A stretch of DNA of 63,978 nucleotides, filler included, from Trichomonas gallinae (taxonomy: Eukaryota): NCBI GenBank assembly GCA_008369845.1. It is 5 parts of 5 records of this genome, joined end to end, with 100 filler letters (N's around TTAATTAATTAA, not from the genome) between each part and the next. Parts side by side here need not be neighbours in the genome. Positions count along the whole stretch, not along the records: positions 42,225 to 55,067 come from MRSU01000445.1; 4 more parts are not named here. One strand, 5' to 3'. The notes under the pieces are model-generated. The model did not search any database. It saw nothing but the letters and a program-made list of their open reading frames with translations, and was not told the DNA's origin. Position 1 is the first letter of the stretch; each line of letters opens with the position of its first letter. Below, piece by piece: positions 43,458 to 55,067 of the stretch. Both the position numbers and the translations under genes were made by a program.

Positions 43458-44732
43458 ATGATTATCATTGATTGGTTTCTTAGGATTTTGTTTTTGATCT
43501 GTCTTTTAGCTATCAAAGGATTCTATAGAGTCTTAGAAGGCGCCTTAGGTATCAAATATGTTGCTAGGAAGCCTAGAAAGCTGAAGAAACGCGCAAAGAA
43601 AGCTGAACAAGAACAGAGACAAGAATTGATTGATGAATTAGAAAAGGAAATGGATATGGATGCTATTGCACCAGAAAAACCGAAAGAAGAAGGAAAAATC
43701 GAAAATGATGAAAACGAAATCGTTGTTGAAAAGCCAATAGAACAAAAAACAGTTGAGCATAAGCCAGAAGAATACGTTTCAACGCCATTTACAATCAACC
43801 AGTGGGTTTCTGACACAGTTGACACGATTTTGGACGTTGCAAGATATAATAAGAATCCAACTGACTACGATGAAAGAATTCTCGAAGATTTCCACGAATT
43901 CATTAAGAATGAAAACTTCTTTAAGATTCCTCTGCCTTTGTTATTAAGAATGTTCCAAACAACTCAAGAAATTTTTTCTGTCGAAGAATGCCAGAGAATA
44001 TTCGCATTGACACTCAAATACCACAACTTCCAGGGCCTACAAATCCTACAATTCGTGAAATGCACAGAAACAGACGGAAAAGCTGCACATGCTGTTCTTG
44101 TGGGCATAAATACGCCAATTACAACAGCAATATACAAGAATCCATTCGAAAAGCCGCAGTTTGCTGAAGATACATCAGCATTAGAACAAGAGCTCGCTAA
44201 ATTAACAGTAGAAGTGGCCGAAACAAACAGAAAACTCAAAGAAAGTCAGCAGAAAGTCTCAGATCTCGAATATAACCTTGAAATTCTCACTAAATATAAA
44301 CAAAATACATTAAAATGGCCGAGACTCAAAGAAAACTATACACTGCAAATCAAACTTCTTGAAGAAGAAAACGATGAACTACAGCAAAGCATAGATCTTT
44401 GGAAACCATGTGCAATGCAGTGCATGAAAGAACCAGAGCATTTCGTAAACAATATATTCAAAGCTATTGAATTTGAGCATATTCCAAGTGTTGCTTATCT
44501 CGTCCAAACGGATGAAACTGCAGTTCGTCAAAAATTAGAAATCGAAAACGAAACATGGTGGCCTCTCATGTATGCATGCAAGTTTGGCTGCCTCCAGATT
44601 GTTCAATTATTGATTACTTATGGTGCTGCTGTAAACAAGAAAGAATGGCACGGATCTGCTCTTTCTTATGCAAAAGCTGGCAAGTTTGATGAAATTGTAG
44701 AATACCTGATAGAAAAAGGAGCAACACAATGA
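43458..44732 (+). CDS. Ankyrin-repeat protein with N-terminal signal anchor and coiled coil
   Basis: WFLRILFLICLLAIKGF; central coiled coil; PLMYACKFGCLQIVQLLITYGAAVN and SALSYAKAGKFDEIVEYLIEKGA. Inr at 43430. Confidence 0.88.
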   Translation: MIIIDWFLRILFLICLLAIKGFYRVLEGALGIKYVARKPRKLKKRAKKAEQEQRQELIDELEKEMDMDAIAPEKPKEEGKIENDENEIVVEKPIEQKTVEHKPEEYVSTPFTINQWVSDTVDTILDVARYNKNPTDYDERILEDFHEFIKNENFFKIPLPLLLRMFQTTQEIFSVEECQRIFALTLKYHNFQGLQILQFVKCTETDGKAAHAVLVGINTPITTAIYKNPFEKPQFAEDTSALEQELAKLTVEVAETNRKLKESQQKVSDLEYNLEILTKYKQNTLKWPRLKENYTLQIKLLEEENDELQQSIDLWKPCAMQCMKEPEHFVNNIFKAIEFEHIPSVAYLVQTDETAVRQKLEIENETWWPLMYACKFGCLQIVQLLITYGAAVNKKEWHGSALSYAKAGKFDEIVEYLIEKGATQ

Positions 44733-45070
44733 AATAATTTTTATGTTTTATAATTAAAATAAATTTTGGTTCATATTTAATATATAATACAATATCCAAA
44801 CATACAGAAATTATTATTTTCTTATTAAAAAGTTTAGATTTTAAAATTTTTTCCGATGAAAAAATTAAATCTTTTGACGTATAATCATATGGGAAAAAGT
44901 GAAACTATACATTTATAGATTATTTTACTAACATCAAAATCAGAAAATAAATATTGGATTTCTTATATCAAATTTAAAGCTTATTTCGTTAAAAAATAAA
45001 TGAGCAAGACTATGTATAGATAGTTGACAACAATATAAATTTTAAACAAAAAATAAAATTATAATATTTC

Positions 45071-47596
45071 TTACACTTTCATTACGCACATTTCACAAAC
45101 ATCATCAATTGTTTGGTATGTGATAGCATCTGTAATTTCTTCGGCAATTGCCAAAAATTGAATCGATCCGATAATAACTTTGTCGATTGTTTGAATTGCG
45201 ATCATTTCTATATCATCCTCGAGCGAAGGAACATTCTTCAGCGAGAAAGATTGCATGTGCGCGAGCTTTGCATTTTGCATTGCGACGTGTTCAGGAGATG
45301 GAGGAGGATGAAGTATCGCCAAGAAATCTTCTTCCGACATGGAAGAAGAAATAAGGCTTCCTTTCCTAGATCTCACTGGACGAAGTCCGAGTCTTTCATT
45401 TTCTTGCTTGATAATCTTCGGAAGTTCAGATACAGCATCTTCATTTCCATTCTTGGGTTCGCCCCCTTCAATGTTTAGCTTCATGTCGAACGGATTCGTC
45501 GATTCTTGCGTTGGCGCGGAAATGTCGGTAATGTCACGTTTTTTATCGTCCTCGAATTTGAATGCGAATGGGTTGTTAGTGGAAGTCGTCTTTGCGACTT
45601 TCTGCTGGTTGTTATCTGGCGATGATCCGAACGTGTATTGCATGAGGAGTGGATTGGCTGATGATGTGGGTGAATTTGGCTTACTTTGCGAAACTCTCTT
45701 ATTAGTTGCTTCAGCGACTTTTTGTTGGACTTGCTCTCTGACTTTCATGTAGTCTTGTGGCTGAGAATCCGGCGAATTTGAGCCGAAAGCGAATTGCATC
45801 AAAAATGGATTTGCGTTATTTGACGTTGAGGCCTTTGGTTTTTCGACTTCTTCAGCTTTCTGTTCTGTTTCTGCGATCTTTTCTTGAACTTGATCTGTTA
45901 AATTTATTTCTATTTTCTTTTCTTCTTGTTTTGGAGCCTCTTCTTCCATCTTTGGTTGCTCCTCTGCTGGATTAGACTGTTCTTCTTGCTTTGGAGTTTC
46001 ATCTTGTTTAGGTTGCTCTTCTGTTGGTTTTGGCTGCTCATCTGGCTTATTTTCGGTCTCAGCAACCTTATTTTCTGCATTTTCTATCTTTTCTTGGACT
46101 TGATCTGTAAGATTAATTGAAAGTTTTTCTTCTAGTTTGTTTTCGCTTCCTTCTTGCTTAGGTTCGTTTTGAACTTGACATACTAAGTTGATTTCGAGTT
46201 TTGGTTTTTCTTTATTATCACCTTCTCCATCAACTTGATCTTGAACATCAGCAATCTTCTCCTGGATTTGATTTGTGAGATTAAATCCGTTGTTTGGCTC
46301 AGAAGCTTCCAATTTCGTCTTCTCGAAAATATCTTCATTGCCACCATCGACAGGAGCTACAACAGCCGATGCAACAGCATCACCGAGTGAAAGAACCGGC
46401 TTCTTTTCGCCTTTAATTTCAGATGTAACAGAAGAATAAGATTCATCGAACAATTTGGATACAATTTCCTTAGTCTGTTGATCAAGCTGCTGCTTATCAA
46501 GCAAATTCTCGTCTTCTTTGTCGTTTGATTGAATTTCAGATATAATATCACTAACAGTTTCATCAAGCATGGAATTGATGAGCTTGTAAGTCTCCTCTCC
46601 ACACATGATGATGTCTTCTTCTGTTTCAACGCCTTCGTTATCTTCATCATCAAATAATTCGTCATCTTCAACTGGATCTGTTTGTGTTGATACCTCTGGC
46701 CTTTCAGGAGGAAGTGGACCAAGTTTTGACTTCGGTCTCAAAGGAGAAGAACGAGATATTGATTCTGATCTCGGTTTTACTCCTGGTTGTATAATTTTAG
46801 GTGGCTCAGGTGGAACAGCCGTTTTTGTTAACTCTCTGTTCGCTAATTTTGCTTTTGCTTTATTTAAATTTTTATCGGGCATTAAAGGCTGCGTGGGGAT
46901 CATTGCTGCTCTCGCACGCTTCCTCTCTGATATATATAGCTGCATTTCTTTCCTCTGCTTGAGAATCATTTGTTCTCTCGATTCATTATAATCATTTTCG
47001 TAGCTTTTTGAATTTTCGGAGTTCTCCAGACTTTCTCGCTCATCAATTTGATCGCGGAAATCTTTAGCATCTTGTTTGCTCATCTTTCGCGCGAATTGAT
47101 CGTATTCTTTTCTCATTTGTATAAGTTGAGGCGAGTCTTGGAAATATCTCTCACGTATTTGCGTATCCCATAACTGATCGAAGTTGTTTAATAGTGATTC
47201 GTGCCTTTGTTTCATCTGAGTAATTCCTTTTTCTGTTTCTTGGTCGAAAGTTCTAAGTTTCTTCGCTTCAATAGAATTCCTAGAGAAATTAACAGGCTTT
47301 GTAGGCGCCAATCGTGGATTTTCAATTCTTTTTCTTGCTTCGCGATCAATTTTTGAAGAAAGTTCTTGATATTTACGCGCTTCGACGTAATTTCTATCAT
47401 TAATAAGAGTTTCGATCTTTTTAGTCGTGCTTTTCTGCAGTGTAACTAATTGCTCATTTGTAATATTTTTAAAATCACATTCATCGAGTAATTTGTCTCT
47501 GAGCTGGTCAACCTTTGCCTGCTCAAGAGCAGTTTTCTTCGGGGAAGGCCCCTTATGACCGTTTTTTCCCCTTTGTTTGGTGATGTAGGGAAACAT
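45071..47596 (-). CDS. Hypothetical protein: coiled coil, acidic disordered region, internal repeats and NPF motifs
   Basis: Long ORF. The likely start is MFPYITK at 47596 because TCACTT lies about 25 nt upstream. Repeated INLTDQVQEKI and three NPF motifs. Confidence 0.8.
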   Translation of the reverse strand: MFPYITKQRGKNGHKGPSPKKTALEQAKVDQLRDKLLDECDFKNITNEQLVTLQKSTTKKIETLINDRNYVEARKYQELSSKIDREARKRIENPRLAPTKPVNFSRNSIEAKKLRTFDQETEKGITQMKQRHESLLNNFDQLWDTQIRERYFQDSPQLIQMRKEYDQFARKMSKQDAKDFRDQIDERESLENSENSKSYENDYNESREQMILKQRKEMQLYISERKRARAAMIPTQPLMPDKNLNKAKAKLANRELTKTAVPPEPPKIIQPGVKPRSESISRSSPLRPKSKLGPLPPERPEVSTQTDPVEDDELFDDEDNEGVETEEDIIMCGEETYKLINSMLDETVSDIISEIQSNDKEDENLLDKQQLDQQTKEIVSKLFDESYSSVTSEIKGEKKPVLSLGDAVASAVVAPVDGGNEDIFEKTKLEASEPNNGFNLTNQIQEKIADVQDQVDGEGDNKEKPKLEINLVCQVQNEPKQEGSENKLEEKLSINLTDQVQEKIENAENKVAETENKPDEQPKPTEEQPKQDETPKQEEQSNPAEEQPKMEEEAPKQEEKKIEINLTDQVQEKIAETEQKAEEVEKPKASTSNNANPFLMQFAFGSNSPDSQPQDYMKVREQVQQKVAEATNKRVSQSKPNSPTSSANPLLMQYTFGSSPDNNQQKVAKTTSTNNPFAFKFEDDKKRDITDISAPTQESTNPFDMKLNIEGGEPKNGNEDAVSELPKIIKQENERLGLRPVRSRKGSLISSSMSEEDFLAILHPPPSPEHVAMQNAKLAHMQSFSLKNVPSLEDDIEMIAIQTIDKVIIGSIQFLAIAEEITDAITYQTIDDVCEMCVMKV

Positions 47597-47811
47597 AACG
47601 TGATTTTTGACGATAAAAAGTGACAGATAATTTAACATAAACATTTTACATGGCAAATTTTAAGTTTAATAACGTATATTTTACAATTTAAAAGTGACGT
47701 TTTTATTGACATCACATCAACATCGTCTAACTTCCTATCTTATTAGTTTTAACACATGTTCAAGTTGTAGTAATAAAGATACCAATGCAGTAAGAGACGT
47801 TAACCCAAGGT

Positions 47812-47988
47812 CTACCATGCCCAAAGTGAAGTTTGGACGTTTCCAAAATAACAATATAGTACATGGTAGTTTAATTCATTTTCTGGACTGATACCATGTG
47901 TTTGATGATTAAATAACTGAGTAACGCTTACTTGGTCGAAATAATCATCCCAGAGAGCGTGCAAGCATATATTACATCTATAAAACAT
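47812..47988 (-). pseudogene. Possible truncated relic of the same W..YF family as 4102-5181
   Basis: MFYRCNICLHALWDDYFDQVSV...ENELNYHVLYCYFGNV...* loosely resembles VWKYFYDE...NEIYVYKSTF. Confidence 0.3.
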
Positions 47989-48470
47989 TCTAACAGTTTT
48001 CTTATGAATATTTTAGTTTAGCTTTAAATAGATGCAGACAATGTTAGCGTTTATTTTCCTCGATAACATATTCCTCACTTTGAATTGTCAATCTATTGAA
48101 ATACTAATCATATCAATTATATAGATTTTGAAAGACAAAATGTAGATTGACATTCTGAAAAAAATTCAATAACTAATAATTAGGATAGATTTAGATTGAC
48201 GACCGCGTCCAAACGCATTCCAAATATTACTGTTGCGGCAGAAGGACTCAGATATATCATATATTACTTGGAAGACTGTTTCAAATGATTGAATCATTAG
48301 TTTTCTGGCATGTAATTATTTTATATGTCAAAAAATAAAATATCTTCATTTTTATCCAGTTGTTTGTTATCTGAGAAGAGTTCCGACCAAATATTAAATC
48401 ATGAAAAGATTTTTGTTGTATCTTGCAATAATATAAAAAATCTAACAATTAATTAAAAATACAAACAATT

Positions 48471-49382
48471 TTACGCAAAAGGACAGCTTCCCCTAGAGAC
48501 TCTTAATACATGTATTGAAGGGCGTCTTATTTTTGGAATCAAAATTCTATCGCAAGAGTATTGCTTTGGGAACATTGTGGCATCGAACAACTTATCCATC
48601 TTGTTCTTAATCTGTTCTATCGTCGGTCTATTGTTTTGATCCATGCATAAACAATCGTCAATGATAAAAGACAATGGATTATTTGATGGAACCTTTGTAT
48701 AGCCTTTCTGCATATCACTAAGGATGAATCTTGGATCTTTTTCGCCAAACGGGAAGCAGTTAGTTATTAACGCAAATAATGTCACCCCTAAAGCCCATAC
48801 ATCAGCTTTGAATGTAGAATATTCAAGTCCGCATATAATTTCAGGGGCCATGTAATTGATTGTTCCGCGAACTCGCTTTGATCTTTCGATTCGATCTTGA
48901 CTGTAGCGAGAAAGACCGAAATCACAGATCTTAACTCTATCATATTCATCAATGAGGATGTTGGAAAGCTTGATGTCGCAATGAGCAATGCCTTTCTCGT
49001 GCATAAAGGCAAGAGCGTTAATAATTTCACTAGCATATTTGATTATTTTGGCATTTGGGATTCTCTTCTTTGCCTTCATGATATCATACAGGCTACCATT
49101 GGTGCAATACTCCAAAATGAGGAACATCTGATTTTCATCAAGAAAATAATCATAGATTCGAACAATATTCGGGTGATTGAGCTTCGATAAGATCTCAGCC
49201 TCACCAACAAAGCTGGTTATGTATCGTTTTGATACTTCGTCAACGTATGATACTTTGCAAACAAAGTCCATGTTGTACTTGAGGCTATGCACAACGTAGC
49301 AGGAGCCGAATGCCCCACTCTCTATGAAGCGAACCATCTTGTAGCCATGAGAACTGAGTATGCAACATAGTTCTTGCGACAT
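48471..49382 (-). CDS. Ser/Thr protein kinase, CAMK-like
   Basis: SGAFG, VCK, HPNIV, HCDIKLSN, DFG, GTINYMAPE, DVWALG. Confidence 0.95.
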   Translation of the reverse strand: MSQELCCILSSHGYKMVRFIESGAFGSCYVVHSLKYNMDFVCKVSYVDEVSKRYITSFVGEAEILSKLNHPNIVRIYDYFLDENQMFLILEYCTNGSLYDIMKAKKRIPNAKIIKYASEIINALAFMHEKGIAHCDIKLSNILIDEYDRVKICDFGLSRYSQDRIERSKRVRGTINYMAPEIICGLEYSTFKADVWALGVTLFALITNCFPFGEKDPRFILSDMQKGYTKVPSNNPLSFIIDDCLCMDQNNRPTIEQIKNKMDKLFDATMFPKQYSCDRILIPKIRRPSIHVLRVSRGSCPFA

Positions 49383-50832
49383 TCACAAAAAAATAAATGA
49401 TTTTTGAGAAGTCAGATGATTTTTCGGGAAAAATTATTAGAAAATGAGTAGTAAACTGTATACGACAATGCATAAATTAATATTATAAACGAATTGTGAA
49501 GATTGAGAACTTCTACTACCATTTACGCCAAATTCAATTTCAAAATTGTGAGAAATGTGAGTTATTTCTTATTGAAATACATTCTATATTATATATGAAC
49601 ATCGTAGAGATATCTCTGCAATAATTTGAGAGTTTTATTCAATTTTATTTTAAAATATCATTTTATATATCATTGTAAAGGAAATGCTCATCGATTTGTC
49701 AGATATTTCACAATTTTTTCTGAACCCATTTTTTTGCATTGAATGATTTTATATTCAAATTAAAATTTTGCTTTAATATGAAGAGATATGTGAAATTATT
49801 ATATGATTTATTTTGATCGAATTTCTAACATAAATATTTGATTTTTCCCATCTATCCTCCTTTATACCTATATAGTCATATTATAACATATTATCGAATT
49901 TTTTACCATGTAAAAACTAGTTAAAATATTCAATAATATTTAATTATTTCAAATATACCATATACTTTTTCGCTATTATCTTCATAGTTCTCAAACTTGT
50001 AATGTAAAATACTTACACAAAAATTTAAAGAATTTTTACATTTGTCATTGATAGGAGGCAAGTATCTCATTAAAAATATCAAAAATTAAAAAGGAGAAGT
50101 TAGAAGTATTCAAAATAATTTCATTTGAGAAATTTGAATACTCATTCAATAAATCTTATTAGAAATAAACATAGCTGAACCAGTCACGACGATTTATAAA
50201 TAAAATTATTCAATCCGTTAATCGTTTATCGTATTCGAAAAAAATTAAATTTAAATTCTACCAATTATTGAGCAATTCTCCTGACTTGTATTAGTCTATT
50301 CCAATAGATGAGTAGGATCCGTCACATTATATTTTTAACAAAGTTCTCATGTTTTACTGTTATTGGCAAATTTGATTTCATGATTGGCCTATCCTCATTT
50401 CGATCTTTGAACTATATTAGGTCAAATAAACAACAATATTCCATGACATGTTAAAATACTGATAATTTGCATAACATTTTTGAAATTATTATTCTATCCG
50501 CTTTTGCGAATGAGTAAATAAAGTCTAGACAAATTAATTTCCACGAAAATAACGACAAAAACATTGATATTCTGAAACAAATTTCATTGATTTCAATGAA
50601 CAGTTGATGTCACCAATTAGATCAATAAAATAATCAATATAAAACTATCTAAATTGATTTGTATTGTTAAAGATGAATTTTCTACTAAGTTATTAACATA
50701 GTTTTTATCCTTTTTCTGAAAAATTAAAATTGAAGATCTACTTTCTTCCCAATCAAATATCTATGCTCAAAATAATTTGTTTACATAGCGATAGATCATT
50801 ATTAATCTGAAAATTAAATGAAGATATTTTAT

Positions 50833-51861
50833 TCATAGATATACTAATACTGAATATATAAATGTGTATATATAGTAGTAGTTCATTTGATTGCAAATGG
50901 AGAACAACGGGGATTTCAGCATCAATTGGTATGCATCGATTTTTACAGGAAATTTAGCAAAAGTCGAAGCAAGATATAGGTTTGTAACGTGTATTTCTCG
51001 TATATTCGAACAATTATCAAAGAGTTCATTCGAAGAAAACGAAATATTTCCAAAATAAATGATTTCTTTTAAATTATTCAAGTTTGAGAACGCAGAATTA
51101 GATATACTAGTCACAGAATGAGGTATATCAATTGTTTCAAGTCCATCAAGTAGGATAAATGCTTTTTCGTCAATGATTTCTAGTGTTTCTGGAAGTTTTA
51201 TTGTTTTCAAGCTGTTACAGAGCCTAAAAGCTTCTCTTGGAATTTGAGTTATCTGTGTCATGGATAGATCTATGTATTTTATCCAGTTTGTTGCGTGAAA
51301 AACCATTACTGAGATATTTTTAATTGATTTCCAACCAAAGAATGAAGTAATTCTAGCAATGGACATGCACTGATCGCTTAAAACTTCTACAGTATCCCTA
51401 AATGGAATGTTGTATTGATCAAAAACAACAGGAGATCTTATCAATTTTGTTTTATTTTTGTCGAAGATGAAATTGTTTGATGAAACAAAGTATTCGTTCT
51501 GTGGGTCAACTTCTAGAATGTTCAAGTTTGGATTCTGACTTAAAGATCTTCCATTAAAAGATTTAACTTTGGGTCCAACTAAAAAACTAGTAATTCCACA
51601 TCTGTGAATGGCTGCAGAAAGTATTGTTACGACTGTATCCGGCAATTTAATAGTTTTGAGTGAATAAGAAGTATTAAACGCGTGTGTTTCAATTCGTCTT
51701 ATTGTAGTGCGTGTCAAATCAATAGAATTGCAACTGCATTGATAACATGCATTAGCGGCAACAGTCTCAAATACATCTGATTCAACAACAATTTCTTCAG
51801 TGAATTCTGGATCAAACCAGACAAGTTTGTTTCCATCACCTCTAAAATGAGCATCACTCAT
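50833..51861 (-). CDS. BspA-like (TpLRR) leucine-rich-repeat protein
   Basis: LKTIKLPDTVVTI..AI, LKTIKLPETLEIIDEKAF, IDIPHSVTSISNSAF, EVDPQNEYF....FIFDKNKTKLI. Hydrophobic C-terminus. Confidence 0.9.
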   Translation of the reverse strand: MSDAHFRGDGNKLVWFDPEFTEEIVVESDVFETVAANACYQCSCNSIDLTRTTIRRIETHAFNTSYSLKTIKLPDTVVTILSAAIHRCGITSFLVGPKVKSFNGRSLSQNPNLNILEVDPQNEYFVSSNNFIFDKNKTKLIRSPVVFDQYNIPFRDTVEVLSDQCMSIARITSFFGWKSIKNISVMVFHATNWIKYIDLSMTQITQIPREAFRLCNSLKTIKLPETLEIIDEKAFILLDGLETIDIPHSVTSISNSAFSNLNNLKEIIYFGNISFSSNELFDNCSNIREIHVTNLYLASTFAKFPVKIDAYQLMLKSPLFSICNQMNYYYIYTFIYSVLVYL

Positions 51862-52413
51862 TCATAGAAATTGTTTCGTCCCCAAATTTAATTAATTAAA
51901 ATATAGATCAGCAAATGTCACTTTTATTTATTTTTTGTCAAAATTTTCCAGCATCAGAGCATTAATGAACCATTATTAGATATGTACAGTGTTAAGTACC
52001 TATTAATGAATCATAATAAAGTCATTACTCAATGATAAGTTTAATTCGATTTTTTTTTATTTTACGTATGAGTTGATATCTGTCAATTGAGTGAGTTTTT
52101 GATTTAACACTTGGGAATATTTATAATCTATTGTAGCATTCATGCATCAATGATTATCGATTGCAAGAATTGCTGTCAAATAGTTTTGTATCATTGAGAT
52201 TTCTCAGGAATTCTGCATGTTTATAATTTTTATAAATTGAATGATAAACTACATCAAAAATATCAACAACTTATCATTTAGGATTACTGTTCAATGAATA
52301 ACTGTGCCATTGCTTATGCTGTATATATTTTGTTTTACGATTTCGATTTTATTGATTTATGCAAAGATGTATAAATAACTTTATATATATATAAACAAAC
52401 AACGATAATATCT

Positions 52414-55026
52414 CTATTCAATATATTGGCCGAAATTAATTGGTGAGCCAAGTTTCTTCATCTTGTTGTATTGTTCTGATGGAATTTCTGTCTTGCAGAA
52501 GTTTTCGTGTAGATCTGAGTCTCCACACAAAATTCCTGACTGGCAGAGAGTCCTGAAGAAACTGTGGCACTTAAACAAGCCTCCTTTGCATGGAACTTTG
52601 AACTCGGTCAAATCTCTATTGTTGTCAACCATGGCGACAAGATCCATTGATGGGTTAATCGAGATCCATGTTGGTTCAATGTTTTTGATGTTCTTAGAGT
52701 AGTAGTGTTTGATACAAGAAATTCCTGGTCCAGAAACAGCAACGCCTTGTATTCCTGTTCTCAGCGAGAGAATCCTCGTGAGTCCACCACCAAGTGAATG
52801 TCCGACAATTATCGCGTCTTTCGTTGACGAAATGTTGACAGACTTTATATAGTCCTCGAAAATTTCTACGTAATTGTCAACCAAAGAAAACTTTCTGAAA
52901 ATATATCTCGGCAGATCCATGAACGTTCCAATGACCGACTTGGAGGAAGGTGCGAAGACTTCAACAAGCGGTGTGACTTTTATCACGAAATCAATCAGAA
53001 CTGTTCCTGTCCACAACTCTAAGTCAGCCAACATATCCGGCAGAGAATTCGTTCCACGAATTGAGAAAACGACAGTGTTCTTGGATTTGATTTCGTAGTG
53101 TGTCATTGAGCACTGGTAGTAAGGATGCGGGAATGGACCAGGAATTTCCACAACATCATTTATCCAGTCATCGCCGAAATATTCTTTAAACAATCTGACT
53201 TTTTTCGTGCGAGAAATGTTTCTGAAGTAATATGCAGATGCTGCCAGCGCAATCAATTGTTGTGCGTCCATGTCTTTGACTGTTAAATAGCACAAAGGAT
53301 GCTTCGCTTGTCTGAATCCCTGGCTTTCGTTCGTGAATGCGGTAGTTGTAGCTGATTTAGTTGTAATGACAGCTGCATGTTTTTCTGCTTCTACTTCTTC
53401 CGAATATTGTTCGACATTTCTCGCGAAAACAAGAGAAACGAAGAAGAAAATAATAATCAAAACAACAATCAAACAAGAAATCGCCATAGAACTCCATCTC
53501 ATCACTTTGAAGCTCTTCGACCATACGGACAAGTCTTTTATGTATTTCCTGTAGTCGTTGCTCTTCTTTAAGTTCCTTTTCTCGTCGTTTAGCATTGATG
53601 TCGTCATTGTTGGACCTTTTTGTCTAAGAATCCAGAAGAAAGGCATAACAAGCCAATTAGACAGCGGAATAACAATCAGTATGTATATGAAAAACGTGTA
53701 CAAGAACTGATAAGCGGCTTCCTTCCTTGTACTCGATCTTGAAAAAATAATATAAAAAGTTGATGCGAGAAGAACGAAAATTGTTGCTGAATTTCTTGAA
53801 AATATGGCTTCTAGTATCACTCTAACAGGAGTCTTACAGCACTTGTTCGATTCAGAATCAATTTCTCTTAAAGGTAAAGTAAATGGTTGTTCAACATCAC
53901 CATGGCTACTACTGGACTCACTGGAGCATGAGCTCATCTCGTCTTGCTCTCTTGCGCGAATTTTTCGATTTTTCAATAATTCAATAACCGCCTGATAATA
54001 GTGTTGTCTTGTGTAAATGGCGTTTAAGAATGGATCTGTGAAGTCCATTTCTTTCAAAAACTTCTCTCTGCAGCTCTTGAAGCAGCTTAAAAAGCAATGT
54101 ATCGAATAAAGCAGGATTATTGCGAAATATTTGATGGGTGGAATGATAATAGCGAAAATGTAAATGAAAACTTCGATTCCTTTCACTGCTGGTTCAACAC
54201 CCAAAGCAATCAAAAATATAACAAAGCAAACTAAGAATAAAAAGCCTATAATGATATCATATGTTTTCCCCATCCTGTAATAGTCGCGTTTTATCATTCC
54301 AGTCCACTTCGTTAGCATGATAATTTTTGCCCCTAATATTTGAACTGAAGCAAATGGAGATCTCTTAGTGAAACACGTGAATTTGAACCATTCTAACACT
54401 GCTATTGTCATGATATTCACGAAGAACAATGAATATAAAACAATCGGCAATAAAATGAACACAAAAATGGCTGGAGAGCGTTCTAAAGTGTATAAACCTG
54501 TGGTAGTGAATAGAATTATAGTGTTAAAGAAGAATGCCAGTATTACTGATACTCCAATTAAATCATATAAAACTATAAATAGCTTTCCGAATATGCTTAT
54601 CTGCTTTAGAAATGCTGCTATCCACTTCCATATGTTCCAGAGGATGCTTAAACAGTTTGATTCCCTGAAACCACGCTTGATGAAAGTGTCTGTTAAGTCT
54701 TCAAGCCTTGGAATGTCTAAAAGCACAGCAAACTCGTGAAAAAACTCAGCATTTTTGTAGTTAACTGTTGCTATTCCTTGTTCGAAAAATCTTTGTAATA
54801 GAAGTGCATGGGGTTCTGCCTCATTTGGACATTCGTAACTATATCTGTTGAGATTTGCTTTAGAAGGTGCGCGTGTTAATTTGAATTGCTCGTTTTTTAT
54901 AACTAATGAGAATTCGTTTGGGTCTCTGTCTGTAAAAATTACGTCCAGCTCCTCTTCTGTGACTTTGAAGTCCTTGGGGTCAGCTTCGTAGTGTAAATCA
55001 CAGCACTTAACAGAACTTTCACCCAT
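52414..55026 (-). CDS. Multi-pass membrane class-3 lipase (Atg15/DAGL-like architecture)
   Basis: About 8 hydrophobic helices, then FSIRGT, VGHSLGGG, VSGPG, DLVAMVD, CHS. Confidence 0.88.
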   Translation of the reverse strand: MGESSVKCCDLHYEADPKDFKVTEEELDVIFTDRDPNEFSLVIKNEQFKLTRAPSKANLNRYSYECPNEAEPHALLLQRFFEQGIATVNYKNAEFFHEFAVLLDIPRLEDLTDTFIKRGFRESNCLSILWNIWKWIAAFLKQISIFGKLFIVLYDLIGVSVILAFFFNTIILFTTTGLYTLERSPAIFVFILLPIVLYSLFFVNIMTIAVLEWFKFTCFTKRSPFASVQILGAKIIMLTKWTGMIKRDYYRMGKTYDIIIGFLFLVCFVIFLIALGVEPAVKGIEVFIYIFAIIIPPIKYFAIILLYSIHCFLSCFKSCREKFLKEMDFTDPFLNAIYTRQHYYQAVIELLKNRKIRAREQDEMSSCSSESSSSHGDVEQPFTLPLREIDSESNKCCKTPVRVILEAIFSRNSATIFVLLASTFYIIFSRSSTRKEAAYQFLYTFFIYILIVIPLSNWLVMPFFWILRQKGPTMTTSMLNDEKRNLKKSNDYRKYIKDLSVWSKSFKVMRWSSMAISCLIVVLIIIFFFVSLVFARNVEQYSEEVEAEKHAAVITTKSATTTAFTNESQGFRQAKHPLCYLTVKDMDAQQLIALAASAYYFRNISRTKKVRLFKEYFGDDWINDVVEIPGPFPHPYYQCSMTHYEIKSKNTVVFSIRGTNSLPDMLADLELWTGTVLIDFVIKVTPLVEVFAPSSKSVIGTFMDLPRYIFRKFSLVDNYVEIFEDYIKSVNISSTKDAIIVGHSLGGGLTRILSLRTGIQGVAVSGPGISCIKHYYSKNIKNIEPTWISINPSMDLVAMVDNNRDLTEFKVPCKGGLFKCHSFFRTLCQSGILCGDSDLHENFCKTEIPSEQYNKMKKLGSPINFGQYIE

Positions 55027-55067
55027 AAAATTTTAGTTCGTTTTTTTTTTTTTTTTTTTTTTTTTTT

